Of a stretch of DNA of 64,000 bases, positions 40,141 to 47,719 are shown in pieces. The position numbers and the translations under genes are program-made. Position 1 is the stretch's first letter; the number at the start of each line of letters is the position of its first letter. The notes beneath the pieces were generated by a model. That model saw only the letters and a list, made by a program, of their open reading frames with translations, was not told the origin of the DNA and ran no database searches. The stretch comes from Gemmatimonadota bacterium (GTDB lineage Bacteria; Gemmatimonadota; Gemmatimonadetes; Gemmatimonadales; GWC2-71-9), in NCBI GenBank assembly GCA_003223415.1, contig QHUY01000017.1:6739-70738 (forward strand), read 5' to 3'.

Positions 40141-42771
40141 ATGCAGGCCGCCGCCATCCGCCGCAAGTTCCTCGACTACTTCGTTGCCCGCGGCCACCGG
40201 GAGGTGGCGAGCTCCTCCCTCGTCCCGGGCGATGACCCGACCCTCCTCTTCACCAACGCCGGCATGGTGCAGTTCAAGCGCGTGTTCCAGGGCCTCGAGC
40301 GGCGCGATTACCAGCGCGCCGTCACCTGCCAGAAATGCGTGCGCGCTGGCGGCAAGCACAACGATCTGGAGCAGGTCGGCCACACCGCCCGCCACCAGAC
40401 GTTCTTCGAGATGCTGGGCAACTTTTCCTTCGGGGACTACTTCAAGCAAGAGGCGATCGAATTCGCATGGGAGTGGGTGACGAGCTCGGAGTGGATGGGG
40501 ATCCATCCCGACCGGCTGTACGTCACCGTCCACCAGGCGGACGACGAGACCCGCCGGCTGTGGCGGAAGATCACCGGCATCGCCGACGCCCGCATCTACG
40601 GCCTCGGCGACAAGGACAACTTTTGGCAAATGGGTGACACGGGGCCCTGCGGACCGTGTTCCGAGATCCTGGTTGATGTCCGTGGGGAGCGGGGGAAGAG
40701 CGGCAAGGCTCCCACGCTCCAGGAGTTCGTGGCCGTGAGCGACGAGGGCGGGTTCCTCGAGATCTGGAATCTCGTGTTCATGCAGTACGATCAGCAGCCG
40801 GACGCATCCCGCATCCCGCTTCCCGCGCCTTCCGTCGACACGGGGGCGGGCCTCGAACGCACCGCCTCGGTGCTGCAGGGCGTGCCGTCGAACTTCGACA
40901 CCGATCTCTTCGTGCCGATCATCGAGCGGGCGATCGAAGTGGTGGGCAAGCCCTACGACCGGGGTCCGGCAGGTGCACCGTTCCGCGTGCTCGCCGATCA
41001 CGCCCGTGCGGTGGCGTTCCTGCTCGCGGACGGGGTCTACCCCGCCAGCGACGGCCGTGGCTACGTGCTGCGGCGCATCCTGCGGCGGGCGGTGCGCCAT
41101 GCCTGGCTGCTGGGCCGGCGCGAGCCGACGCTGGTGCACCTCGCCGGCACCGTCATCCACACGATGGCAGCGGTCTACCCCGAGCTCGCTGCGAAGCGCG
41201 TGCATATCGAGCAGGTGACGCGCGCCGAGGAGGATCGCTTCCTCGAGACGATCGACGGCGGGCTGCGACGGCTCGACGAGCTGAAGGGAGATGGGGCCAC
41301 GACGATTTCCGGCCACGACGCATTCAAACTGTACGACACCTACGGGTTCCCGCTCGACCTCACGCAGATGATCGCGGCCGAGCGCGGCCAGACGGTGGAC
41401 GTCGAGGGCTTCGAGCGCGCGCTCGCGGCGCAGCGACACCGCTCACGCGCGGCACGGAAACGGGGGGGGACGACCGGTCCGCTCCTGAAGACGAAGCAGG
41501 CCGGTGACTGGGTCATCGTCAAACCGAAGGGCCGCCAGAAGTGGGTTGGCTACGAGACGACCCGCGCGGAGACCGAGCCGATCGCCTTTCGCCAGGAGGG
41601 GGAGCGGCTCGAGCTGGTGCTGGCAGAGAATCCGTTTTACGCCGAGTCGGGGGGTCAGGTGAGCGACACCGGCGTCGTGCGAGGCGAGGGCTGGGAGCTG
41701 ACGATCGAGGACGTCGAGAAGGTGGACGGCAAGAGCGCTGTCGTCGGCACGTTCGGCGAGACGTTCGAGCCCACGCCCGCGCTGGCGCAGGTGAATGAGA
41801 CGCGCCGCCACAATATCGAGCGCAACCACACGGCGACGCACCTGGTGCACGCGGCCCTCCGCAAGATCCTCGGCACGCACGTGAGCCAGCAGGGGTCCGT
41901 CGTGGATCCTGAGCGCCTGCGCTTCGACTTCAGCCACCACGGGCCGATCTCCGGCGACGTGCTCGCCAGCATCGAGGAGGAGGTGAACCAGCATATCTGG
42001 GAGAACCTCCCGGTGCGGACGCGCGAGATGAAGTACAAGGAGGCGATCGACGCCGGAGCGATGGCGCTGTTCACCGAGAAGTACGGCGACGTCGTCCGCG
42101 TCGTGGACGTGTCCGGCGTCTCCCTGGAGCTGTGCGGGGGGACGCACGTGCCGACCACCGGGCAGATCGCGCTGTTCCGCTTCACCCACGAGACCGGAGC
42201 CGCGGCCAACGTGCGCCGCATCGAGGCGATCACCGGCCCCACGGCGTACCGCTACGCGCGGGAGCTGGAAGACCGGCTCAAGCAGGCCGCGAGCGTGCTC
42301 AAGACTCAGCCGGAACACCTGACGCGGCGCCTGGAAGCCCTGCTGGAGCAGCAGCGCAAGCACGAGAAGCAGATCGCGGAGCTGTTGAAGACGACATCCG
42401 GTAACGTCATGCCGCAGCAGGAGTACGTCCTGCCCGGGGGCGCGAAGTTGTACTACGGGCCCACCCCGCTCGAGGATCGGAACCAGATCGCCAAGTCCTT
42501 GGACCTCTTCCGCGAACGGCACTCGAGTGCAGTTTCTGTGATCGTTTGCCGATCGGCCGGCGGCCGTCCCGGCATCTATGTAGCGCTGACCGACGACCTG
42601 GTGGCGAAAGGATTCAGTGCGGGCGTCCTCGCCCAGGTGATTTCGTCCTCGACCGGAGCCAAAGGGGGCGGGCGGTCGCATTTTGCCTCCGGCGGCGTTG
42701 GAGAAACGACTACGGTGGAGGACTTGGTGACGCAGCTTCCCAGTCTGGTGTCCTCGGTCATCACGTCATGA
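40141..42771 (+). CDS. alaS: alanine--tRNA ligase
   Basis: 876 aa. Has FTNAGMVQFK, the editing-domain HTATHLVH...CGGTH and a DHHA1 C-terminus. Confidence 0.95.
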   Translation: MQAAAIRRKFLDYFVARGHREVASSSLVPGDDPTLLFTNAGMVQFKRVFQGLERRDYQRAVTCQKCVRAGGKHNDLEQVGHTARHQTFFEMLGNFSFGDYFKQEAIEFAWEWVTSSEWMGIHPDRLYVTVHQADDETRRLWRKITGIADARIYGLGDKDNFWQMGDTGPCGPCSEILVDVRGERGKSGKAPTLQEFVAVSDEGGFLEIWNLVFMQYDQQPDASRIPLPAPSVDTGAGLERTASVLQGVPSNFDTDLFVPIIERAIEVVGKPYDRGPAGAPFRVLADHARAVAFLLADGVYPASDGRGYVLRRILRRAVRHAWLLGRREPTLVHLAGTVIHTMAAVYPELAAKRVHIEQVTRAEEDRFLETIDGGLRRLDELKGDGATTISGHDAFKLYDTYGFPLDLTQMIAAERGQTVDVEGFERALAAQRHRSRAARKRGGTTGPLLKTKQAGDWVIVKPKGRQKWVGYETTRAETEPIAFRQEGERLELVLAENPFYAESGGQVSDTGVVRGEGWELTIEDVEKVDGKSAVVGTFGETFEPTPALAQVNETRRHNIERNHTATHLVHAALRKILGTHVSQQGSVVDPERLRFDFSHHGPISGDVLASIEEEVNQHIWENLPVRTREMKYKEAIDAGAMALFTEKYGDVVRVVDVSGVSLELCGGTHVPTTGQIALFRFTHETGAAANVRRIEAITGPTAYRYARELEDRLKQAASVLKTQPEHLTRRLEALLEQQRKHEKQIAELLKTTSGNVMPQQEYVLPGGAKLYYGPTPLEDRNQIAKSLDLFRERHSSAVSVIVCRSAGGRPGIYVALTDDLVAKGFSAGVLAQVISSSTGAKGGGRSHFASGGVGETTTVEDLVTQLPSLVSSVITS

Positions 42772-43103
42772 CGACGCAAGACGTGCTCACGTGGCTCGAT
42801 CAGCGTCGGCCGGCGCCGCCGCCGGTGCTCGCGGCCCATCTTGCGGCAGCGGCCGAGTCCTCTCCCCCCCCCCCCGCCCGGGAGGCCCTCCCGGGCTGCC
42901 TGGTCGAGCTTGGCCGCCGGCTGCTCGCCCGCGTGACCCGGGCGCCAGCAGGGGGGCGGGAGCTGGCGCTGGACTTGCTGGCCGCGGACGCGTTCGTCAC
43001 GTACGGCTTCGAGGCTCAAGCGGAGGCGGAGGTGGACGGCCTGACGGCGCTCGCCGAGCGCGTGGCCGGTGGTCGGGAGGGGATCGGGGAGCCCCGAGGA
43101 TGA
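42768..43103 (+). CDS. hypothetical protein (111 aa), translationally coupled on both sides
   Basis: ATGA overlaps with the alaS stop and with the next gene's start. No recognisable motif. Contains a 12-nt C run. Confidence 0.4.
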   Translation: MTTQDVLTWLDQRRPAPPPVLAAHLAAAAESSPPPPAREALPGCLVELGRRLLARVTRAPAGGRELALDLLAADAFVTYGFEAQAEAEVDGLTALAERVAGGREGIGEPRG

Positions 43104-43843
43104 TCCTGCTCGATCGCCGCCCGGGCCTGCTCGTCTTGATCGACCCCAGCCACACGCCGCCTGGGGAAGCGGCACGGATCGGCGTGGCAGCGCGTGACGC
43201 GGGCGCGGCCGCTCTACTGATCGGCTCCTCGTTCGACGGCACCCGGGCCACGCACTTCGTCGCCGCGGCGCTGCGCGCGGCGGTGCCCGACTTTCCGCTC
43301 GTGCTGTTCCCCGGCTCGGCGATGCAGCTCACCGACCAGGTCGATCTGGTGCTGTTCCTCTCGCTCGTCTCCGGCCGCAATCCGCAGTACCTGATCGAGG
43401 AGCACATCCGGGCGGTGCCGTTCCTGCAGCGCCACCCGGTGCCGACGCTCTCGACCGGCTATCTCCTGATCGACGGCGGCCGCGTGACGAGCGTCGAGGC
43501 CGTCAGTCAGACCCGGCCGCTGCCGGCGGACAAGCCGGAGCTCGCCGCCGCGCACACGATGGCGGCGCGCCTGATCGGAATGCAGGCGATCTACCTCGAC
43601 GCCGGCAGCGGCGCCGAGCGACCGGTGCCGGCCGCGGTGATCCGCGCCTGTCGCGCCGCGACTGGGGGGGCGGGGGTGGGAGGGGACCCGGCGGTGCCGC
43701 TCTTCGTGGGTGGCGGGATTCGCTCCCCGGAGCAGGCGCATGCCGCCCGAGCAGCCGGGGCCGACTTCGTGGTGATCGGGACGATCGTGGAGCGCGGGAC
43801 GGGGCCGGCGCTGGAGGCGTTCGTCCAGGCGGTGCGCGCCTGA
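43100..43843 (+). CDS. geranylgeranylglyceryl/heptaprenylglyceryl phosphate synthase family (PcrB/GGGPS) protein
   Basis: TIM-barrel pattern LIDPSH..., LLIGSS, FPGS, YLDAGSGA, FVGGGIRSPEQA...GADFVVIGT. Confidence 0.75.
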   Translation: MILLDRRPGLLVLIDPSHTPPGEAARIGVAARDAGAAALLIGSSFDGTRATHFVAAALRAAVPDFPLVLFPGSAMQLTDQVDLVLFLSLVSGRNPQYLIEEHIRAVPFLQRHPVPTLSTGYLLIDGGRVTSVEAVSQTRPLPADKPELAAAHTMAARLIGMQAIYLDAGSGAERPVPAAVIRACRAATGGAGVGGDPAVPLFVGGGIRSPEQAHAARAAGADFVVIGTIVERGTGPALEAFVQAVRA

Positions 43844-43869
43844 CTCCGGCCGACCGCGTACGCGAGGCG

Positions 43870-44433
43870 TTGGGGGAGGGCGGCGGAGGGGGGCTCGCCG
43901 CCCTCGCGAGCCGCGTCGCCGCCGAGCAGGCCGACGCGATCGCCGCCATCGCGGCGCGCTACGAGCAAACGCTGCGCGCGGGCGGGGCGCTGTACTTCGC
44001 CGGCAACGGCGGCAGCGCCGCCGACGCGCAGCACATCGCCACGGAGTACGTGGTCCGCTACCAGACCAGTCGCCCCGGCCTGCGGGCTGTGGCGCTCACC
44101 ACCGACACCTCGCTCCTCACCGCCTGCGCCAACGACATGGGCTTCGACGAGGTGTTCGCGCGCCAGGTCGAGGCGCTGACGAAGCCGGAAGACCTCCTCG
44201 TGCTGCACTCGACGAGCGGCGAGAGCCCCAACGTGGTGCGCGCCGCGCAGGCCGCGAAGGCCCGCGGCGTGCCGATCGTCGCTTTCCTGGGCAAGGGCGG
44301 GGGTCAGGTCAAGGACCTCGCCGACATCGTCCTCATCGTCCCCTCGGACGACACCGCGCGCATCCAGGAGCTGCACCTGGCCATCGAGCATGTAATCTGC
44401 GAGATCGTGGAAGACCGGATGCGGGTCGGGTGA
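43870..44433 (+). CDS. SIS-domain phosphoheptose isomerase-like protein
   Basis: Has FAGNGGSAADAQHIATE and LHSTSGESPNV. Start is uncertain (TTG). Confidence 0.7.
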   Translation: MGEGGGGGLAALASRVAAEQADAIAAIAARYEQTLRAGGALYFAGNGGSAADAQHIATEYVVRYQTSRPGLRAVALTTDTSLLTACANDMGFDEVFARQVEALTKPEDLLVLHSTSGESPNVVRAAQAAKARGVPIVAFLGKGGGQVKDLADIVLIVPSDDTARIQELHLAIEHVICEIVEDRMRVG

Positions 44434-45191
44434 TTGACCTGACGGGGAAGCGGGCATTCGTCACGGGCGGGGGCCGCGGCATCGGCCGGGCCACGGCACT
44501 GCTGCTGGGGCGGGCGGGCGCCGCAGTGGCGGTGGGATACCGCAGCCGCCAGGACGAGGCGGCGGCCACCGTCGAGGCGATCGGGCGGTCGGGCGGCCGG
44601 GCGGTCGCGGTCGCGGGCGATCTGGGGGAGGCGGCGAGCGCCGCCCGCGCGGTCACGGACGTCGTCCGCGCGCTCGGCGGGATCGACCTGCTGATCGTGA
44701 ACCACGGCGTCTGGCCCGCCGACGATGCCCCGCTCGCCGCGATGGCGGACGCGCAATGGCAGGAGACCCGGCGCGCGAACTACGATGCCGTCTTCTACGT
44801 CTGCCGCGCCGCGATCCCCCACCTGGGCGACGGCGGCAAGATCGTCCTCGTCTCCTCCACGGCGGGCCAGCGCGGCGAGGCCTTCCACGCCGACTACGCC
44901 GCCACCAAGGGCGCGGTCATCGCGCTCACCAAGTCGCTTGCGGTCGAGCTCGCCCCTCGGGTCAACGTCAACTGCGTGGCGCCTGGGTGGGTGGACACGG
45001 AGATGTCGGCCCAACCGTACCAACGGGAGGCGGGAGCCGGGAGACGGGAGATCGAGCGGACGATCCCGCTGGGCCGCGTGGCGAGTCCTGAGGACGTGGC
45101 GGGACCGATCGCCTTCCTGTGCTCCCATCTCGCGCGGCACATCACTGGGGAAATCCTGAACGTCAACGGCGGCTCAGTGCTCTGCGGATGA
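44430..45191 (+). CDS. short-chain dehydrogenase/reductase (FabG-like)
   Basis: Has TGGGRGIGRA, NHG and YAATKGAV. Confidence 0.8.
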   Translation: MIDLTGKRAFVTGGGRGIGRATALLLGRAGAAVAVGYRSRQDEAAATVEAIGRSGGRAVAVAGDLGEAASAARAVTDVVRALGGIDLLIVNHGVWPADDAPLAAMADAQWQETRRANYDAVFYVCRAAIPHLGDGGKIVLVSSTAGQRGEAFHADYAATKGAVIALTKSLAVELAPRVNVNCVAPGWVDTEMSAQPYQREAGAGRREIERTIPLGRVASPEDVAGPIAFLCSHLARHITGEILNVNGGSVLCG

Positions 45192-46390
45192 CCTTTCCGG
45201 CCCGCCTCGCCATCCCGCCCGAGGTTCTCAAGATCGCCAAGCGTCTCGAGGGGGCCGGCTTCGAGACCTGGTGCGTCGGCGGCGCTATCCGCGACAACCT
45301 GCTCGGCACCGAGAACCACGATTTCGACCTGACCACGGCCGCCCCGCCCCAGGAGGTGCAGCGGCTGTTCAAGCGCACGGTGCCTGTCGGCGTCGAGCAC
45401 GGCACCGTCGCCGTGTTGGACGCGAAGAACCGCCCGCACGAGGTCACCACGTTCCGCAAAGACATCCGCACCGATGGCCGCCACGCGGTGGTGGAGTTCG
45501 GCGTGTCGCTCATGGACGACTTGGCGCGGCGGGACTTCACGATCAACGCGATCGCCTATCACCCGCTGCGGCACGAGTGGCGCGATCCGTTCAACGGGCG
45601 GGCCGACCTGGACAAGAAGGTGATCCGCTCGGTCGGGGACCCGAACTGGCGCTTTCAGGAGGACTACCTGCGCATCCTCCGGGCGCTGCGCTTCAGCGCG
45701 CGGTTCGCCTTCCGCATTCAGTCCCGGACGCTGGAGGCCGCCAAGGCCAACGCCCAGGGACTGGCGCAGCTGTCGGCGGAGCGGGTGCGGGACGAGTGGT
45801 TCAAGGGGATCGCCACGGCGCGGAAGGTGAGCAAGCTCGTGGCGCTGTGGGGGGAGGTCGGGGCGGCGCGGATCTGGCTGCCGGAACTCCAACAGACGGG
45901 AAAGGGGAATGGGGAAAGGGGAATCGCGAAGGCCGTCGACAAGCTGCCCCGTGACCCCGTGTTGATCACAGCCTTTCTCGCCTCCGACCCCGCCTCCTTG
46001 CTCACGCGGCTCAAGTGCTCCAACAAGGACATCGAGCGCGGGCGCGCGATCGCGCAATGGCGCGACAAGTACCCGGACCCGAGGCACTTGCCGGGAGTGC
46101 GGCGCTGGTTGTCGGAGGTTGGCGCTCATGCAGACGACCTGCTCGCCTTGCTGGGAGGCTACGCATCGCGCATCCCGCATCCCGTATCCCGGCTCCCTCA
46201 ACTGGTCGCGTCCATCCGGGCCGCCAAGGATCCCCTCACCCTCCAAGACCTCGCGGTGAACGGCTCCGACCTGCTGGCGGCCGGGGTGCGTGCGGGGCCC
46301 GGCGTCGGGGAGACCCTGCAACGGCTGCTGGCGGAGGTGCTCGAGGATCCCGCCCGGAACACCCGGGAATATCTGCTGTCCCGTGTCTAG
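45188..46390 (+). CDS. cca: tRNA nucleotidyltransferase / poly(A) polymerase family (CCA-adding type)
   Basis: ATG 45188 overlaps the SDR stop. Has WCVGGAIRDNLLG..DFDL, the RRDFTINA motif and EDYLRILRALRF. Confidence 0.8.
   Translation: MTFPARLAIPPEVLKIAKRLEGAGFETWCVGGAIRDNLLGTENHDFDLTTAAPPQEVQRLFKRTVPVGVEHGTVAVLDAKNRPHEVTTFRKDIRTDGRHAVVEFGVSLMDDLARRDFTINAIAYHPLRHEWRDPFNGRADLDKKVIRSVGDPNWRFQEDYLRILRALRFSARFAFRIQSRTLEAAKANAQGLAQLSAERVRDEWFKGIATARKVSKLVALWGEVGAARIWLPELQQTGKGNGERGIAKAVDKLPRDPVLITAFLASDPASLLTRLKCSNKDIERGRAIAQWRDKYPDPRHLPGVRRWLSEVGAHADDLLALLGGYASRIPHPVSRLPQLVASIRAAKDPLTLQDLAVNGSDLLAAGVRAGPGVGETLQRLLAEVLEDPARNTREYLLSRV
45898..45925. repeat. GGGGAAW heptamer array in frame in cca
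   Basis: GGGAAAG GGGAATG GGGAAAG GGGAATC, translated as GKGNGERG. Confidence 0.7.
46162..46196. repeat. ATCCCGC-type heptamer array in frame in cca
   Basis: CGCATCG CGCATCC CGCATCC CGTATCC CGGCTCC, translated as ASRIPHPVSRLP. Confidence 0.7.
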
Positions 46391-47102
46391 CGCCCTGCTG
46401 TATGCCCTGGTCGCCGCTCTGGGCAACGTGCTCGGCGGCCTGGCGGTGGTGCGGCGGGCGGCACGGGGCCTCAGGCTGATCGAGCACTTCGTGGCGTTCG
46501 GCGCCGGGTTCATGCTGGCGGTCGCGATCGTCGAGATCCTCCCGGAAGCGTTCGCGCGCAGCGGCCGGGCCGCGCCCGCCCTGGTGCTCGCGGGCTATTT
46601 GGCGGTGCACCTGACGCAGCACACGCTGACGACCCATTTTCACTTCGGCGAGGAGACCCACCATGTCAATGACGTCGCGGGGACGTCCGCGCTCGTGGGG
46701 TTGCTGCTCCACACCTTCTTCGACGGGGTGGCCATCGCCAGCGCCTTCCTCGTCGGGCCGCAGTTGGGGGCGATGGTGTTCGTCGCCATCTTCCTGCATA
46801 AGCTGCCGGAAGGCGTGACGATCTCGAGCCTCTACCTGGCGGTCGGGCGGTCGGCCGGTCAGGCGGTCAGCGCGGCCGCGCTGCTCGGGTTGGCGACGCT
46901 GGCCGGTGTGCTGCTCACGGACTACGTGGGGTTCTTGGTGCGGCACGGGCTGGCCCTGTCGGCCGGCGTGACGATCTACGTGGCCGCCTCAAACCTGGTT
47001 CCTGAGTTCCAGGGGAAACGGGGTTGGAAACTGCCGGCCGCGTTTTTCGCGGGCGCCGGGACCTTTTTTGTTACGAAGCTGATTCTTGACCATGCGGTGT
47101 GA
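46383..47102 (+). CDS. ZIP family metal transporter
   Basis: GTG 46383. Polytopic membrane protein with HxxFDGxAI and HKLPEGVTISS motifs. Confidence 0.8.
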   Translation: MSSALLYALVAALGNVLGGLAVVRRAARGLRLIEHFVAFGAGFMLAVAIVEILPEAFARSGRAAPALVLAGYLAVHLTQHTLTTHFHFGEETHHVNDVAGTSALVGLLLHTFFDGVAIASAFLVGPQLGAMVFVAIFLHKLPEGVTISSLYLAVGRSAGQAVSAAALLGLATLAGVLLTDYVGFLVRHGLALSAGVTIYVAASNLVPEFQGKRGWKLPAAFFAGAGTFFVTKLILDHAV

Positions 47103-47117
47103 TCGGAAAACGAGAAT

Positions 47118-47201
47118 CGGGATCCGCGATGCGGGATGCGCGATGCGCGATGCGTGATGCGAGAGGCGGGATGCGCGATGCGGGATGCGGGATGCGTGAC
47201 G
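47118..47201. repeat. uninterrupted array of 12 heptamers (consensus CGNGATG), left arm of the four-helix-bundle cassette
   Basis: Counted by hand: 12 consecutive period-7 units from 47118 to 47201. The array ends one base before the TCA stop complement (47203-47205) of the minus-strand gene. Confidence 0.85.
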
Positions 47202-47202
47202 A

Positions 47203-47559
47203 TCAGCGGCTCATCAGCCTGCGGATCAGGCCGATGGTCATCGCCACGACTCGTTCGCATAGGTCGATGCACGGTTGGAGTTCTGTTTCGGGCATGAGGC
47301 CCAGGCTCTTGAGGAGTGTAAGGTGACTGAGCAGCTCTGTAGACGAGCCCAGAGCTATCTTCAAGCACCGAACGAACTGCGCGGTGGTTCCGAGCGCATA
47401 CCCTTCTGCGATGTTCGCGGGGATGGAGATCGCGGCTCTACGGATCTGATCGACGAGTGCGAAGTGCTTGGAAACGGTTGGGGTGGTGGTCAGCAGGTAG
47501 GCTGCCCGCGCGAGCTCCTGGGCTCCGCGCCAGGTATCCAACTTCTGGAGTCTCCGCAT
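47203..47559 (-). CDS. four-helix-bundle protein (TIGR02436 / 23S rRNA intervening-sequence protein / Avd-like family)
   Basis: 118 aa starting MRRLQKLD. Family signature AISIPANIAEGYALG...IALGSSTELLSHL. Visibly AT-richer than its neighbours. The rest of the 241-aa tracked ORF is translated repeat. Confidence 0.85.
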   Translation of the reverse strand: MRRLQKLDTWRGAQELARAAYLLTTTPTVSKHFALVDQIRRAAISIPANIAEGYALGTTAQFVRCLKIALGSSTELLSHLTLLKSLGLMPETELQPCIDLCERVVAMTIGLIRRLMSR

Positions 47560-47624
47560 GGCGCTAAGGTAGCGCCGTGGAACGAGACTCAGCGTACCGG
47601 AATCGCGCAAGAGCGGATTGCTTT

Positions 47625-47700
47625 GACGCACGCATCCCGCATCCCGCATCTCGCATCCCGGCCGTGGCGCGCATCCCGCATCCCCCATCTCGCATCCCGA
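47625..47700. repeat. reverse-complement heptamer array (GCATCCC units, two blocks), right arm of the cassette
   Basis: Blocks at 47625-47659 and 47671-47698 are split by the 11-nt linker GGCCGTGGCGC. The inner block is complementary to 47167-47201 with about 2 mismatches. Confidence 0.85.
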
Positions 47701-47719
47701 CTCTCTCCTCCCGTCTCCC

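Noticed and set aside
47118-47201. Considered whether the 12-unit repeat array is a CRISPR array
   Set aside because: The units are 7 nt and contiguous with no spacers. No cas genes are present. The array has a reverse-complement partner, so it is an inverted-repeat arm and not a CRISPR.
47203-47559. Considered whether the 4HB gene marks a 23S rRNA intervening sequence or a diversity-generating retroelement
   Set aside because: I recognised no rRNA-like sequence on either side; the flanks are a ZIP transporter and rarA. No reverse transcriptase or TR/VR repeat pair is visible in the window.
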